A stretch of DNA of 60,220 nt, filler included, from 6 parts of 6 records of this genome joined end to end with filler, not necessarily neighbours in it, one strand, 5' to 3'; positions 1 through 10,094 are shown, counted from the first letter of the whole stretch. Numbers and translations are program-made. Notes: generated by a model not told the origin, from the sequence alone.

Positions 1-1
1 A

Positions 2-430
2 AAAAGGCTGCTTAATGGCGAAGGTATTGGTGGTAGCTGCAGAATTTTTTATTCAGACAAAACTCCCATGCGGTACGCGGAAATTCTGGTTTTTAGTCCG
101 GAGAATGAAAAAGTTGAATATCAGAATGGACGAACGGATCAGAACGGAAGATTTGCTTTTCTCCCGGAAACACCTGGAAAATGGCAGTTAAAGGTCAATG
201 ACGGTATGGGGCATGCCGTCAATACAACCGTTACCGTAAATTCCATAACTTTGGAATCGAAAAATAGCAGAGAACTTTTAGAGGACCGGAGACCTGAGGT
301 CTCGAAGAAAAACAATAACTTTTTTGGTGGAGCGTCCTTGGCGGTGAGACTTGTTTTCGGACTGAGTATTTTACTCAACCTCTTCCTGGGTTTATATGTA
401 TGGAAATGTAAACCAGATCCCAATTTTTAA
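2..430 (+). CDS. DUF4198-like / Ni-Co transport accessory protein with C-terminal TM helix (5' truncated)
   Basis: FYSDKTPMRYAEILVFSP, GRTDQNGRFAFLPETPGKWQLKVNDGMGH and a hydrophobic C-terminus. The frame is open to the window edge. Confidence 0.55.
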   Translation, partial: KRLLNGEGIGGSCRIFYSDKTPMRYAEILVFSPENEKVEYQNGRTDQNGRFAFLPETPGKWQLKVNDGMGHAVNTTVTVNSITLESKNSRELLEDRRPEVSKKNNNFFGGASLAVRLVFGLSILLNLFLGLYVWKCKPDPNF

Positions 431-447
431 AGAAATTAATCGCCCAA

Positions 448-495
448 ACAAACAACGCCCCGGAAAATGGCTCAAAATTCCGGAACGTTGTCTGT
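448..495. terminator. Hairpin between convergent genes, probable terminator
   Basis: Imperfect inverted repeat ACAAACAACG-CCCCGGAA ... TTCCGGAA-CGTTGTCTGT between the stops at 430 and 530. Confidence 0.55.
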
Positions 496-529
496 ATTTC
501 AGTGCTTAAAAAAAACAGTATTCTGAATG

Positions 530-997
530 TTATTTTTCTGGGTAAGAGACATCCTTTGGGTACGCTTTGTTAAAAGCCCCCTGGCCACCTTTTAAAATCA
601 TCAACCGCTTTTCATTGACGCCGTTTTTTTTGAAATAATCATAGGGTCTTTCTGCGCCGCTTTTTCCACGAGGACAAATAAAGACAATATCTTCATTTGT
701 ATCTTTTACTTTTTTTAGAAACGGAATCAGCTTGGCAAAATCTGCGTCGGTTTTCAACGGCCGCGCATAGGTTGGATAAGCTGCCTTAATATATCCTGTT
801 TTATATTCTTTTTCTGTCTGTGACGTCATGATCGCCAATGATCCGTTTTCATGATCACCTGCATCCAACCGTGCTTTGAGTTCTTGAACCGAAATGTAAT
901 TGTAGCCGCTGTTTCCGCATATTCCAATGCTGGCCAAAAACAATACCAGCATAACGGATACAAGTGTCAAAAAACATGATTTTAATTGCAACTTCAT
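530..997 (-). CDS. Exported rhodanese-like domain protein
   Basis: N-terminal signal peptide; YISVQELKARLD, GYIKAA, active-loop VFICPRGKSG, ILKGG. Confidence 0.8.
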   Translation of the reverse strand: MKLQLKSCFLTLVSVMLVLFLASIGICGNSGYNYISVQELKARLDAGDHENGSLAIMTSQTEKEYKTGYIKAAYPTYARPLKTDADFAKLIPFLKKVKDTNEDIVFICPRGKSGAERPYDYFKKNGVNEKRLMILKGGQGAFNKAYPKDVSYPEK

Positions 998-1165
998 AGA
1001 TTTCTCTCCTCTTTTTAATTATCTGTTTCATTCGTATCTTCTTGTTAAATTGTGGAAGATTGCGCTGTTTCAGGACAAGTCGTCCCTGTACTCATATTTG
1101 AAGGCCACACAGGGTCTGGATCCCGTGATGTTTCATTTCCACAACCGTATGGCCCTGGCCGAACA

Positions 1166-1408
1166 TCAGATTGCAAACCTTTTGCGAAAACAGGCAAGAC
1201 TCCGTCGCACGATAAGGGGAAAAAGCCCCAATAGAACCAGCGAAAAAATCAGGGCCGGGGATAGGATTGCGGAAAGGGAATCAAGTTTTCCGATCTGGCA
1301 GCCCGCATTGACAAATCTGGCAGTACCCGGCATCATGCCCAGCTGGGATACTCAGTAAAAGGTCCACAACCGCATAGTTGTAATTCCCATCACTAAATTA
1401 ATCATAAA
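1166..1408 (-). pseudogene. Remnant of a TVP38/TMEM64 (DedA/SNARE-associated) membrane protein gene, 3' part only
   Basis: Not in the ORF track. Manual translation gives FMINLVMGITTMRLWTFY*VSQLGMMPGTARFVNAGCQIGKLDSLSAILSPALIFSLVLLGLFPLIVRR. An in-frame TGA at 1352-1354 replaces the usual Trp of TFYWVSQLG, and the 5' half is absent. Confidence 0.75.
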
Positions 1409-1588
1409 AAATTCGAATAACCGGTTTCATCTTTTCCTTTGCTTCTATCGAGTTAACTTTGCCTGTCCGCCTTTAAACAGATTGTCTCAAATGTTGGCAG
1501 GACCCAAATTTGAAGATTTTTATGTAAAAAAAGCCCTACGTCAAATTGATAGCCCAGATAAAGATGTATTTTTAAATTTAATATTTCG

Positions 1589-2137
1589 ATGAGGGGAGCT
1601 GACAGGCTTAAGAGTCTGTTTAAAAATCTCAGGGAACAGATGCAATTTCAAATTAAAGCGCTCCATGAAAGGCTCAATTTAACGATTATCTATGTCACCC
1701 ATGATCAAACAGAAGCACTCACCATGTCCAATCGGATTGCTGTCTTTGACGGCGGGGCGATTCAACAAATTTCTACCCCATCTGTTCTTTATGAAAAACC
1801 GGAAAATGCCTTTGTGGCCTCTTTTATCGGTGAGAACAACCAAATTTTAGGTAAAATCCTTGAACTCAACGGCACCACTTGTAAAGTGAAAGTAGACGGG
1901 GGAATTGTGACTGCGCTCTCAATTAATGTAAATGCGGTCGGTGATAAGACCACGTTATCTCTTCGACCGGAAAGAGTCGTTATCAATCCCGAGAGAGGAG
2001 CCGCAGAGAATATTTTTGAGGGGGAGGTCCTGGAGAGGACTTTCCTAGGAGATCATTTTCGGTTGAAAATCAAGGTGTGCGGCAATGAGAATTTAGGGGG
2101 TATCTGGCTTGGCCCGCCTGTGTCGAACCATGCTTAA
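1589..2137 (+). pseudogene. Fragment of a PotA-like ABC transporter ATP-binding subunit
   Basis: KNLREQMQFQIKALH, YVTHDQTEALTMSNRIAVF, LYEKPENAFVASFIGEN and a TOBE-like tail are present. Walker A/B and the signature motif are missing, and the 3' end runs into an IS remnant. Confidence 0.75.
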
Positions 2138-2240
2138 ATCAGATCCTTTTTCAGGGGGACTTTTTGTTTTTCTAAATCGTGATCGAACCTCCATCAAAAC
2201 TCTCTGCTACGATAGTCAAGGCTTCTGGGTCTGCCAGACA
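2097..2240 (+). mobile_element. tnpB: IS66-family TnpB accessory gene remnant
   Basis: LARLCRTMLKSDPFSGGLFVFLNRDRTSIKTLCYDSQGFWVCQ matches the IS66 TnpB core. Both ends are truncated and no TnpC is present. Confidence 0.75.
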
Positions 2241-2354
2241 GGGCAAACCCATTTGGATTTTGGCATAAAATTTGATTTGAGTAAATTCAAGCCGTTAGAA
2301 AATCGAAGCATTTTTGTATCCCTTCTAACTATCTGAATTTATCATGGCCGATTT

Positions 2355-4087
2355 TCAAATGCGTAAACTCTGTAGCCCCCACAAAGGCCATGAATCCATG
2401 ATACCATTTTCTAGAGGATTGACATCACTTAGACTTTTTTTCTCATCACCTGGTTCCGTATCTGAAAAATCGAGATCCCAATCTGAATCGGCATCCGATT
2501 CAAATTGGGAATCGGACGCCGAGGTGTCCCCTAATTCTGAAGGATCTCTTTCCTTGACATCTTCAATCGATTCATTCAGATTTAAATCCACCTCATTTAA
2601 TGCTTCAACTTTCAAGTCGGCATCATTCGTTCCAGTCTTAAATCCGCTATCACCATCGGCATTATCTTGATTTTCATCAGACAAGCTTGGAGTATTCATA
2701 TCTACCACCTCGGCGAATTCTGACGAGATTTCTTCAGTATCATCAACGGCACTCTCTGTCTGCTCATCCGCACTGGTGGGTTCAGGCGCTTCATAATAGA
2801 TGTCGTCAAGTGTCAGCTCATCGTATTCAATATCATCGATACCCAATGTCTCAATCTCGTCCCCATCATCGGAGAGCGGCGTTTCAGACGCCATAGATGA
2901 TGAAATGACACCTTGGTCATCGAAATCGGTGACACCGGATAGAGAAAAATCGTGAGCGTCGCGGTCTTCATCATCAAAGACAATTTGTGACGGATCAACC
3001 GGATCTTCAGGGTCTTTCAATTCATCATCTGCAAATAACATCTCATCCGGCGAGACTTCTACAAAAGTCGTCTCATCATCCCAGTCGTCGGAACTTCCCC
3101 TTCAAACCTGGCCTCGGTCGAGGCCATATCATCAAATGAAAGCTCTTCCGGATTGACTTCATCAAAACCGATCTCATCAGAATCTACCTCAGCTTGTCCA
3201 TTACTTTTTTTTGTGGGAGCATCATCGTCAATGACAAATGGATCCGCCAACTCATCGTCAAATAGAGCGGTAGTTGTTTCCTCCAGCTTTTGTTGCCGCT
3301 CATCTCCCAGCCCTTTTTCAAGCATACCAATTCTGCTTTCTAATTGACGAACCAAAGAATCGGTATCTGAATCAATAAAATTTGTTTGTTGAACGGTTGC
3401 AACTTCAGTTTCCAAAGCATTCACTCTTTTTTCAAATAAATCGAGCCGCTTTACAAGCTCCATCACAATGGGTGAGCCTGCAATGGCGTCCTGGGCAAGA
3501 CTCAAACTGTCGGACGACGAGCCAGCATCACCTGCTTGTAAACGGTTTGGAGCGAAATGGCCCATGGACGCCCCTATCGCCTCAGGTTGAGCGCCGGCAT
3601 TGATGCCGGCAATCTTATTTTTTAAAGTAACAACCTTTTGATAAACCGCCGTGACTTCTTCCCGAATGGCAGGCTCTTCCAAACCAGCCTGATTGATCCG
3701 TCGAAACGTCTCTGCAACAGAATCCAACACATGAAAGGTCTCCGGTACGGTACTTGATTTTGCTTTGCTGATGTACCGGACAATACTTGACATCATTTTT
3801 AAAACATTCTGATCGTACTGTCCCGGATACTTCGACATCAAGCTGGTGAGAAAGTCATTAAAGCGATTGACCTCTTTTTCGGAGTACTCCCACTCCATCG
3901 CCAGCATGAATTCTCGAATACGGTCAAAGTCGCTAAGTGGTTCATCATCGGTTGCATCTTGATCCCCCCCACCAAAAAGCGAATCTTCCTCTTCCTCATC
4001 GTCACTGAAAAGTGTGTCAATGGCAGCGAATGCGTCGCTTGTCAGTTTTTCAACATCTATTCCATCATCTGTCGTCATATCAATCAC
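2355..4087 (-). CDS. Large acidic protein: helical N-terminal domain, coiled coil, Asp/Glu-rich tail (frameshifted near 3100)
   Basis: ORFs 3059..4087 and 2355..3041 join if one base is added to the C run at 3098-3101 (FEGGSSDDWDDETTFVEVSPDEMLFADD). Last gene of the Mgl operon. Confidence 0.7.
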
Positions 4088-4150
4088 TTAAGTTCTTCAT
4101 ATTTTGGTTAGCGGTCAAATCTCAGGTTGCGCCCTTCTTCTCTGGATATA

Positions 4151-4638
4151 TCACATGTTTTCATTGATAAAGGCCAACATAGCATCTTGAAATCGACGTT
4201 TTTCCCCAGGGCTTTCCACCTCTCCTGCCACTTTCTCAACGAGACTATACAAATTCTTTGCAGGGAAGTTATTTTTAGATACATTGAATTCCCCAACAGC
4301 ATCATCAATCACAATTTCAGCGATGGGACCGATGGCTTTGGAAAGCTCTACAGTTACCATATCCCAAAATCCTTCCGGGATATCCGACTTGTGGGAAGCA
4401 TTTTCTTGAGTCTCTTGATTTTCTTGAATCTGGAGAACCTTGAGCACTCTTTTTTCTGCAACGAAGACAACACTTGTTTTATGTCGTCCGGATTCACCCC
4501 AAATTGCCGCTTCAACTCGGCAATCATTTGATTAAAATCTTGCTGTTTTGCGGCAACAGCAACAACGGTCCATTCAGAGGGAGTAAGAGAGATGCTCTCT
4601 TCAACTGTGGAGATGAACTCGATCTTATACTTCCGCAT
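4151..4638 (-). CDS. Winged-helix-like plus helical C-terminal module protein, of the type usually fused to DUF4388 (frameshifted)
   Basis: ORFs 4354..4638 and 4151..4447 join at the T run 4450-4455 (SLQKKRVLKV). Motifs ISLTPSEWTVV and ELSKAIGPIAEIVIDDAV. Confidence 0.65.
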
Positions 4639-4650
4639 GGCACTGACTCC

Positions 4651-5115
4651 TTACCAGTCAAAAATGGATGAAAAAAACTTTCGGTATTTGCCCTGTACTT
4701 GAAAGCCTGCGATGAATGTTTCGGTCTCCATTTTGATCCGGGCGGCACTGGTCTCTTTGGCGCATTCAAAGATGAAGGTGATTTCCCCTTTTTCTACAGT
4801 ATAAATGATTCCGCCGTCTCTTTTTAATGCAAAGAAATATCCATCTGAAGGAAGCGCCGTGTTTACCTGAGATTCATCCCTCTCTCCTTCAACGCCGTTC
4901 TCCGCTGAGATATCCTTTCCGGCAGACACCCTTTTCTTCTGAGAAATGCCAGCAATCAACTCAGAATGATCAAGAGCTCCCCCTTTTAGCTGCACCATTT
5001 GTTCCTCTGCAGAGGTAAAAAAAGAGAGCTTTCCCTGATAATGAATTCCAAGCTGTTCAATATACCCATGGGAATCAACAAACGCCTGTGGATCGTTTTT
5101 AGTTTTTAATTTCAT
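4651..5115 (-). CDS. Hypothetical protein, possibly divergent roadblock/profilin-like fold
   Basis: 154-aa ORF overlapping its upstream neighbour in the operon. The C-terminal half has a beta-beta-beta-helix pattern. Confidence 0.5.
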   Translation of the reverse strand: MKLKTKNDPQAFVDSHGYIEQLGIHYQGKLSFFTSAEEQMVQLKGGALDHSELIAGISQKKRVSAGKDISAENGVEGERDESQVNTALPSDGYFFALKRDGGIIYTVEKGEITFIFECAKETSAARIKMETETFIAGFQVQGKYRKFFSSIFDW

Positions 5116-6066
5116 AGGCTACCAAAATATCACTATAGTTGTCTTTTACCAATCGGATTCCATCTTTAGGAAGCGTCGACTGCTTGGCAATGAGGTTAAC
5201 CAATGCATCCAAAGCGGCCACTGCCACTGCCGTATCGATCTCATCCCACAAGTCGATCCTCCCGCTTCCATATCGAAATTCACCGGCAAAGGGATTAAGA
5301 AATCCATATGTTTCACTCAACTCCAAGGCACAACTTCGCCAGATGGCGTCAAAATCTCCATGACGAATTTCACTTTCAAGGTGCCCCATAATTTCTTCAT
5401 AGCATGATAGAACCTGAGCCATATCGTCATTTGAAGCGCTTTTAGGCTGCACCCCATGCGTTTGCTCATCACCCTTTGTCTGAACAGCCTCTTCTGAATA
5501 GGACGTTGCAAATCGATAGAGTGTTGCCGTTGAGTGGGCAAATGCTGCCTGAACCATTGCTTTTTCCAAGCGCTGTTCAAAGGTGCCGTCCGGGTTCTTT
5601 ACATTGAGATATCCTAAGATTTTTCCATTATAGAAATAGACATATCTCGTTTTTTCATTTTGCTTCATAGCTTCCAGAAAGCCGGTCACCTTTTTGCTAT
5701 CGATCAATGAAATCAAGCCGGAAAGTGCGGCAGCATCCAATGAGATGTCCTTTTGCAGGATCTTAGTGCCATGCATGCGGGAAAAAAATCAACAGCCCCT
5801 TCCGAGCAACGGTAACTCGATAAATTGAAATCCGGGCAAGATTTGATAACGTGTGCCATGCTCTTCACAGGATTCAACTTTCCATCCTTTAAATTGAGGC
5901 AGATTGTATCCAGACCGCCCTTAAAAAAAATGAAGTATTGAGACACTTTGGCTTCTAGGTGGAGATATCCTGAGAAGTCGGTATTTCTTAAAAATGAGAC
6001 ATAGGCATCGAAACGCAAAAAACTTGAGTGTAGGGCGGTGTGATAGGTGTCGAACTTTGGAATCAT
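5099..6066 (-). CDS. Tandem PATAN/DUF4388-like domain protein (frameshifted)
   Basis: ORFs 5713..6066 and 5099..5776 join at A7 5782-5788 (VDFFSRMHG). Two repeats: LRNTDFSGYLHL..YFIFFKGG and IDSKKVTGFLEA..YVYFYNG. Confidence 0.65.
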
Positions 6067-6629
6067 TGAAGCATGCCTTTATCTCTTAGATTGATGAGCA
6101 GATAATCCGTGGTAATGGAGTCATTGAACACCACTTTAACACGTGCTTTGATGGTTTTATCAAAGTAGATAATGTGAAGCATGCCATTTTCCATCCACTC
6201 GAAGTATTGGATACCGGAACTATGCAATGCTCTGAGTCTGGGGTCGTTATATTGATAAAGGCCGATGGCGGCAATGGAATGACTTTCTGACAACCGCTTT
6301 TTCAATCCCGCCATGTATTCATTACACTCATCAATGTACCGAGTGCAATCTATAACGAGAAAATCGACCTCAATATCAATGGTTCGCTCTCCCGGATCGG
6401 ACTTGTCACTGTATTCGAACTCAAGATCCTCCAAGAGACTAATCTGTCGAACGGCCTCATCACCTCTCATATCAAAGAAATTTGCCGAGTAGATCTCGCC
6501 ATTATTAAAATTGATTTTCCCAGTCAATTGGCCATTGACGAAAAAATTCAGAGCACCGCTACTGTTTTCACCCGAGCACATCTGAAGAAGCCCAACCAAT
6601 GAAAACGTTTTTAAGGTTCCTTGCAACAT
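6063..6629 (-). CDS. DUF4388 (PATAN) domain protein
   Basis: MLQGTLKTFSLVGLLQM, SSGALNF, GKINFNNGEIYSA, GDEAV, FLVIDCTRYIDE. Confidence 0.85.
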   Translation of the reverse strand: MLQGTLKTFSLVGLLQMCSGENSSGALNFFVNGQLTGKINFNNGEIYSANFFDMRGDEAVRQISLLEDLEFEYSDKSDPGERTIDIEVDFLVIDCTRYIDECNEYMAGLKKRLSESHSIAAIGLYQYNDPRLRALHSSGIQYFEWMENGMLHIIYFDKTIKARVKVVFNDSITTDYLLINLRDKGMLQ

Positions 6630-6757
6630 ATTTTTTCACACTTTTTCTTATTTCATGCCAAAACTTTGGAATCGGTCAGAAAGAACCCGTCCATTTTAGA
6701 AGACCATATCGTTATAAACGAGGGAGCCATTTTTTAAATGATTTAGTTGTTTCGAAC

Positions 6758-7738
6758 TCATCCCTTTACGGGGATAATTTTATACTCCCCACTATCTGCA
6801 TTGACAGCATCCCCCACCACTTGCGCTTTGACAGGTTCCGTATATTCAATATAATCAACAAACAAAACCAAGAAACTGTTCGTTTTTTTTAAAATTAGCC
6901 CAAAATGTTTGGCAGATCTATTTTCCATTGAGGCATTGGCATTCGACAAGATCACTTTTTTGTCGGATACGCCTCCGGCCATCTCTTTCAATACATTTCT
7001 TCTGTTAAATGCCAACAGCTTTTGATGGGGAAGTTGGGGAGACGTCAGCACTTTATCCGGAACCGCCTTATCAAACTTGAGAATTTCTACGATATCGGCA
7101 TATTGAACGGCACATTGCCTGTTTTCGACCTCAACCAATAGGTAGAGTCCCTGGGAAATTGCCTCAGACGTCTTATTCTCTTCCGGCCCGCTTTGCTTTC
7201 TTGCCGTGGCATTGACTACTTCAATGTCATCCGTAGATTGCGATGGGGAGGCTGTTTGTTTTTTTGAGGCTGGAATCGCATCTGAAATGTTCAGAGCAGC
7301 TGAACGAGACTGGGCAGATACCGCTGCTTCAAGCTTGTTGAGGCTTCTTTGGTTCTCCTCAATTTTTATATTGATCTCATAAAGTTGCTTTTGAAGGACA
7401 TGGGAGACATATGTCTGCATGGCATCAAGGTTGAACTGTCTACTGTTTTCTCTAAATTGATTATCTTTTAATATTTTTTCAAAAAACTTTGTTTTCGTTG
7501 TTTTATGGATGGCATCATTGGCAAAGAAATCCCCTTCAGCAACAATGTCTCGCATGATTTTTTTAAGAATTTCATTGGTTTCAAAACATTCGGTGATATG
7601 CGTTAAAATACCCAATAGTTTCTTTTCAAAGGAATCTTCCGGGGTCATCTGAGCAATTTGCTCTTTGAGTCGCTCGGCAATGGCAGTTTGATCAGCCAAG
7701 TATGCCTGAAATGTTCTTTTCAGCAAAGTATAGTCCAT
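6758..7738 (-). CDS. Coiled-coil protein with C-terminal degenerate CheW-like domain
   Basis: Helical N-terminus, Ser/Ala-rich linker, then YLLVEVENRQCAVQYADIVEI ... LVLFVDYI. Confidence 0.55.
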   Translation of the reverse strand: MDYTLLKRTFQAYLADQTAIAERLKEQIAQMTPEDSFEKKLLGILTHITECFETNEILKKIMRDIVAEGDFFANDAIHKTTKTKFFEKILKDNQFRENSRQFNLDAMQTYVSHVLQKQLYEINIKIEENQRSLNKLEAAVSAQSRSAALNISDAIPASKKQTASPSQSTDDIEVVNATARKQSGPEENKTSEAISQGLYLLVEVENRQCAVQYADIVEILKFDKAVPDKVLTSPQLPHQKLLAFNRRNVLKEMAGGVSDKKVILSNANASMENRSAKHFGLILKKTNSFLVLFVDYIEYTEPVKAQVVGDAVNADSGEYKIIPVKG

Positions 7739-7752
7739 CTAGATCCCCCTTA

Positions 7753-8390
7753 TCAATTGGCCATTTTACGTCTACCTAAGATACTTTTTTCAATAACAGA
7801 CTTCACGGTCTGCTTCGAAATATAGTTCACCGTTTTGATCACGTTGAGACCGCTGACAGCACTTGCCGGAAATGACTTGGCTTTCAGTTCCGAATTAAAT
7901 CGTCGTTCCATATTTGAAATGGGTATCAACGGGATCACCTTCTCATCAATATCTCTTTTGTTCCACTGAAAAACGAATTTCACATCTCGAAGTGTTTGTT
8001 GCTGCAATTTTAGATTCTCAACCAGATTTTTTAAAGAATCGATATTGGCGTCCTGCCTTGATACCAATGAATCGGCAACAAAAACAATACCGTCAACGCC
8101 CTTTAGAACCAACCGACGAGTGGCATCGTACTTGACCTGCCCCGGCGTGGTGTAGAGCTTCAATTTCAAATCAAATCCATTGATTTTACCGAGACTGACC
8201 GGGAAAAAATCAAAAAAAGCGTACGATCCCCTTTCGTGTCGATGGAAACCAGCTTGCTTGTCTTCTGGGTCTTGTCCCCTTGGAGCTTATTGTGGATATA
8301 CTCCAAATTCGTTGTCTTACCACTCCGCCCAGGTCCATAATAAACGATTTTTATCTGGATGGTCTTGTCTTTCAAATTTACAATAGCCAT
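7753..8390 (-). CDS. mglA: MglA-family small Ras-like GTPase (frameshifted at A7 8212-8218)
   Basis: KIVYYGPGRSGKTTNL, GDRTLFFDF (after restoring one T), LYTTPGQV, LKGVDGIVFVADS, QWNKRD. Confidence 0.92.
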
Positions 8391-8597
8391 GATCAAAACC
8401 CACGTAAGAGAACAGTTACAGGTCGCACCCTCAAAATTGACAATTTGCATTACATGACAAAGACAACAATGATGGTCTTAAAAAAAAGTCATATTTCGAT
8501 ATATTTTTTTTACAACAAGTTGAAATTATTAATTGCTTATTTGCCGATTCCGACTTTCTACAGACTCATCAACAAAGAGAAAAATATAAAACCAAAC

Positions 8598-8984
8598 TTA
8601 GCTCTTCAGCAAAGCAGCTATCTCACTTTGAAGACTATCGATCTTAAGACGCAACAACCCCAATGACAAAATCGGTTTAAACAGAACAATCATTAACACA
8701 TCTTGTGTGATTTTTGCGTAGTGAACATTCTCTTTACTGCCTCGATGGAACAGCAATGAGAAGTTTTCTTCATTTATTAGAGAGGCAATTTCATTGGTTG
8801 TTGCATAGTTTGCAGCAGATAGGGCAGCAAGGGTGTCTACATCAAAGCTATGCTCACCGGCCGTGAATAGAGGGTTCCCGCCCATATCGGTCACCAGTGC
8901 AAAAGTCGCTCCGGATTCTTCGATAAAATTTTGCAAACTCAATTCTACTTTTGTCACGATACTTTCGCTAATGACAGTGTCCAT
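8598..8984 (-). CDS. mglB: MglB-family roadblock/LC7 protein (GAP)
   Basis: ALVTDMGG, LAALSAANYATTNEIASLINEENFSLLFHRG, SLGLLRL; directly upstream of mglA. Confidence 0.9.
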   Translation of the reverse strand: MDTVISESIVTKVELSLQNFIEESGATFALVTDMGGNPLFTAGEHSFDVDTLAALSAANYATTNEIASLINEENFSLLFHRGSKENVHYAKITQDVLMIVLFKPILSLGLLRLKIDSLQSEIAALLKS

Positions 8985-9079
8985 AACTATCCTTCTTCAT
9001 TATTTGTACCTTTACTTTCGCAAAATCAACTGTCGAAAACATGTTAAAAAAGAGTCCGGTTTCGAATGTCCAGTACGCA

Positions 9080-9976
9080 TTATTTCCGTTTTCTCAACTG
9101 CTTGATGGCAAAGGTCATCCCCGCTTTCATTCGACCAAACGCCTCTGCCAGTTTCCCGATTTCATCCTTTGATTCAATGGGGATGTCAAGTTCCAGATCT
9201 CCAACGCTGATTCGATTGGCGACCTCGGTGAGCTTACCAATGGGAGATAGAACCATCCGGCTCAATACCACAATAACCGCCAAGGCAACGGCAATCAACA
9301 GAAGAAGCGAGGTAATGACCAATTGATACATGGAGTTTACAAATCCCTCATTGGCAAACCGAAGAGAAAAGAAAACTTCGACGTGGCCAATCTGCTCTCC
9401 ACCCCGCATGATCCCCTGACTTGACGAGATCAGTCCTTTCTCCTGAATCAGGGTTTCATTTTCTTTGAGCTGCCACTCTTTATCCCGCTGGTATCCGAGA
9501 TAGATGCGCTTGCCGCTCCGATCGATAATATTGATGGCATAGATGTTTTTATCGATCATCTCTGCTTTAAGGGACTCCATCAGAATTTCGTCATCCAAAG
9601 ACCAAAATGCCTCAACAAGGTATATGGAGAGTCGTTTTGCAACATTCAGCGATGCACTTTCCATCTCAGATTTCATTTTCTTTTTTTCACTAACAAACGT
9701 GATCGCAATAAACGCTCCCATGATGATGATGATTAGTGAAATCAGTACGACATTTACCTTAACCTGAAGACGATTTTGCCAGGTGACCCGCACTTCTTCC
9801 TGGGATGCGCTATACTGAGTATCGGTTGATGATTGTGAGGATTCACTTTCAAGATAGGGGTCCAGTGCATTGACATGATTGCACTGCTTGCAGGTAAACC
9901 GGGCATTTCCGGATCGGATGATTGCAGGATCAAGTTTGTATTTCTTGCCGCATGACTCACATGAAACATCAATCAT
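9080..9976 (-). CDS. Zinc-ribbon + TM + extracytoplasmic domain + TM + HAMP protein
   Basis: CESC..CKQC N-terminal finger, two hydrophobic helices, and a HAMP (PIGKLTEVANRISVGDL..DEIGKLAEAFGRM) followed almost immediately by the stop. Confidence 0.85.
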   Translation of the reverse strand: MIDVSCESCGKKYKLDPAIIRSGNARFTCKQCNHVNALDPYLESESSQSSTDTQYSASQEEVRVTWQNRLQVKVNVVLISLIIIIMGAFIAITFVSEKKKMKSEMESASLNVAKRLSIYLVEAFWSLDDEILMESLKAEMIDKNIYAINIIDRSGKRIYLGYQRDKEWQLKENETLIQEKGLISSSQGIMRGGEQIGHVEVFFSLRFANEGFVNSMYQLVITSLLLLIAVALAVIVVLSRMVLSPIGKLTEVANRISVGDLELDIPIESKDEIGKLAEAFGRMKAGMTFAIKQLRKRK

Positions 9977-10065
9977 TTGAGGCTCTCCTTAAAAGCAATA
10001 AGAATTCGTCAATAGATACTATTCGTCACGAATTCAGATAATACATTACTTTTAATATATCAAGT

Positions 10066-10094
10066 AGAATATTTTTTAATGATTTCACTGTCAA
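10066..10094 (-). promoter_or_regulatory. Sigma70-type promoter of the Mgl operon
   Basis: Minus strand TTGACA (10094-10089), 17-bp spacer, TATTCT (10071-10066), about 90 bp upstream of the start at 9976. Confidence 0.6.

Noticed and set aside
1352-1354. In-frame TGA at a conserved Trp, suggesting genetic code 4 or selenocysteine
   Set aside because: Other genes on the contig end in TGA and use TGG for Trp, and the host gene is already a truncated remnant.
927-1358. 143-aa plus-strand ORF and the many other short antisense ORFs in the track
   Set aside because: They are shadows of recognisable genes or remnants on the opposite strand and have no motifs.
1430-1480. c-di-GMP-I riboswitch-like GGCAAA...GCAAAG on the minus strand
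   Set aside because: There is no convincing P2 stem with GNRA loop and no P1 pairing.
4151-8390. Phase variation or programmed frameshifting in Mgl operon genes
   Set aside because: The same one-base-short pattern occurs in unrelated contigs and in cmk, so sequencing error is more parsimonious.
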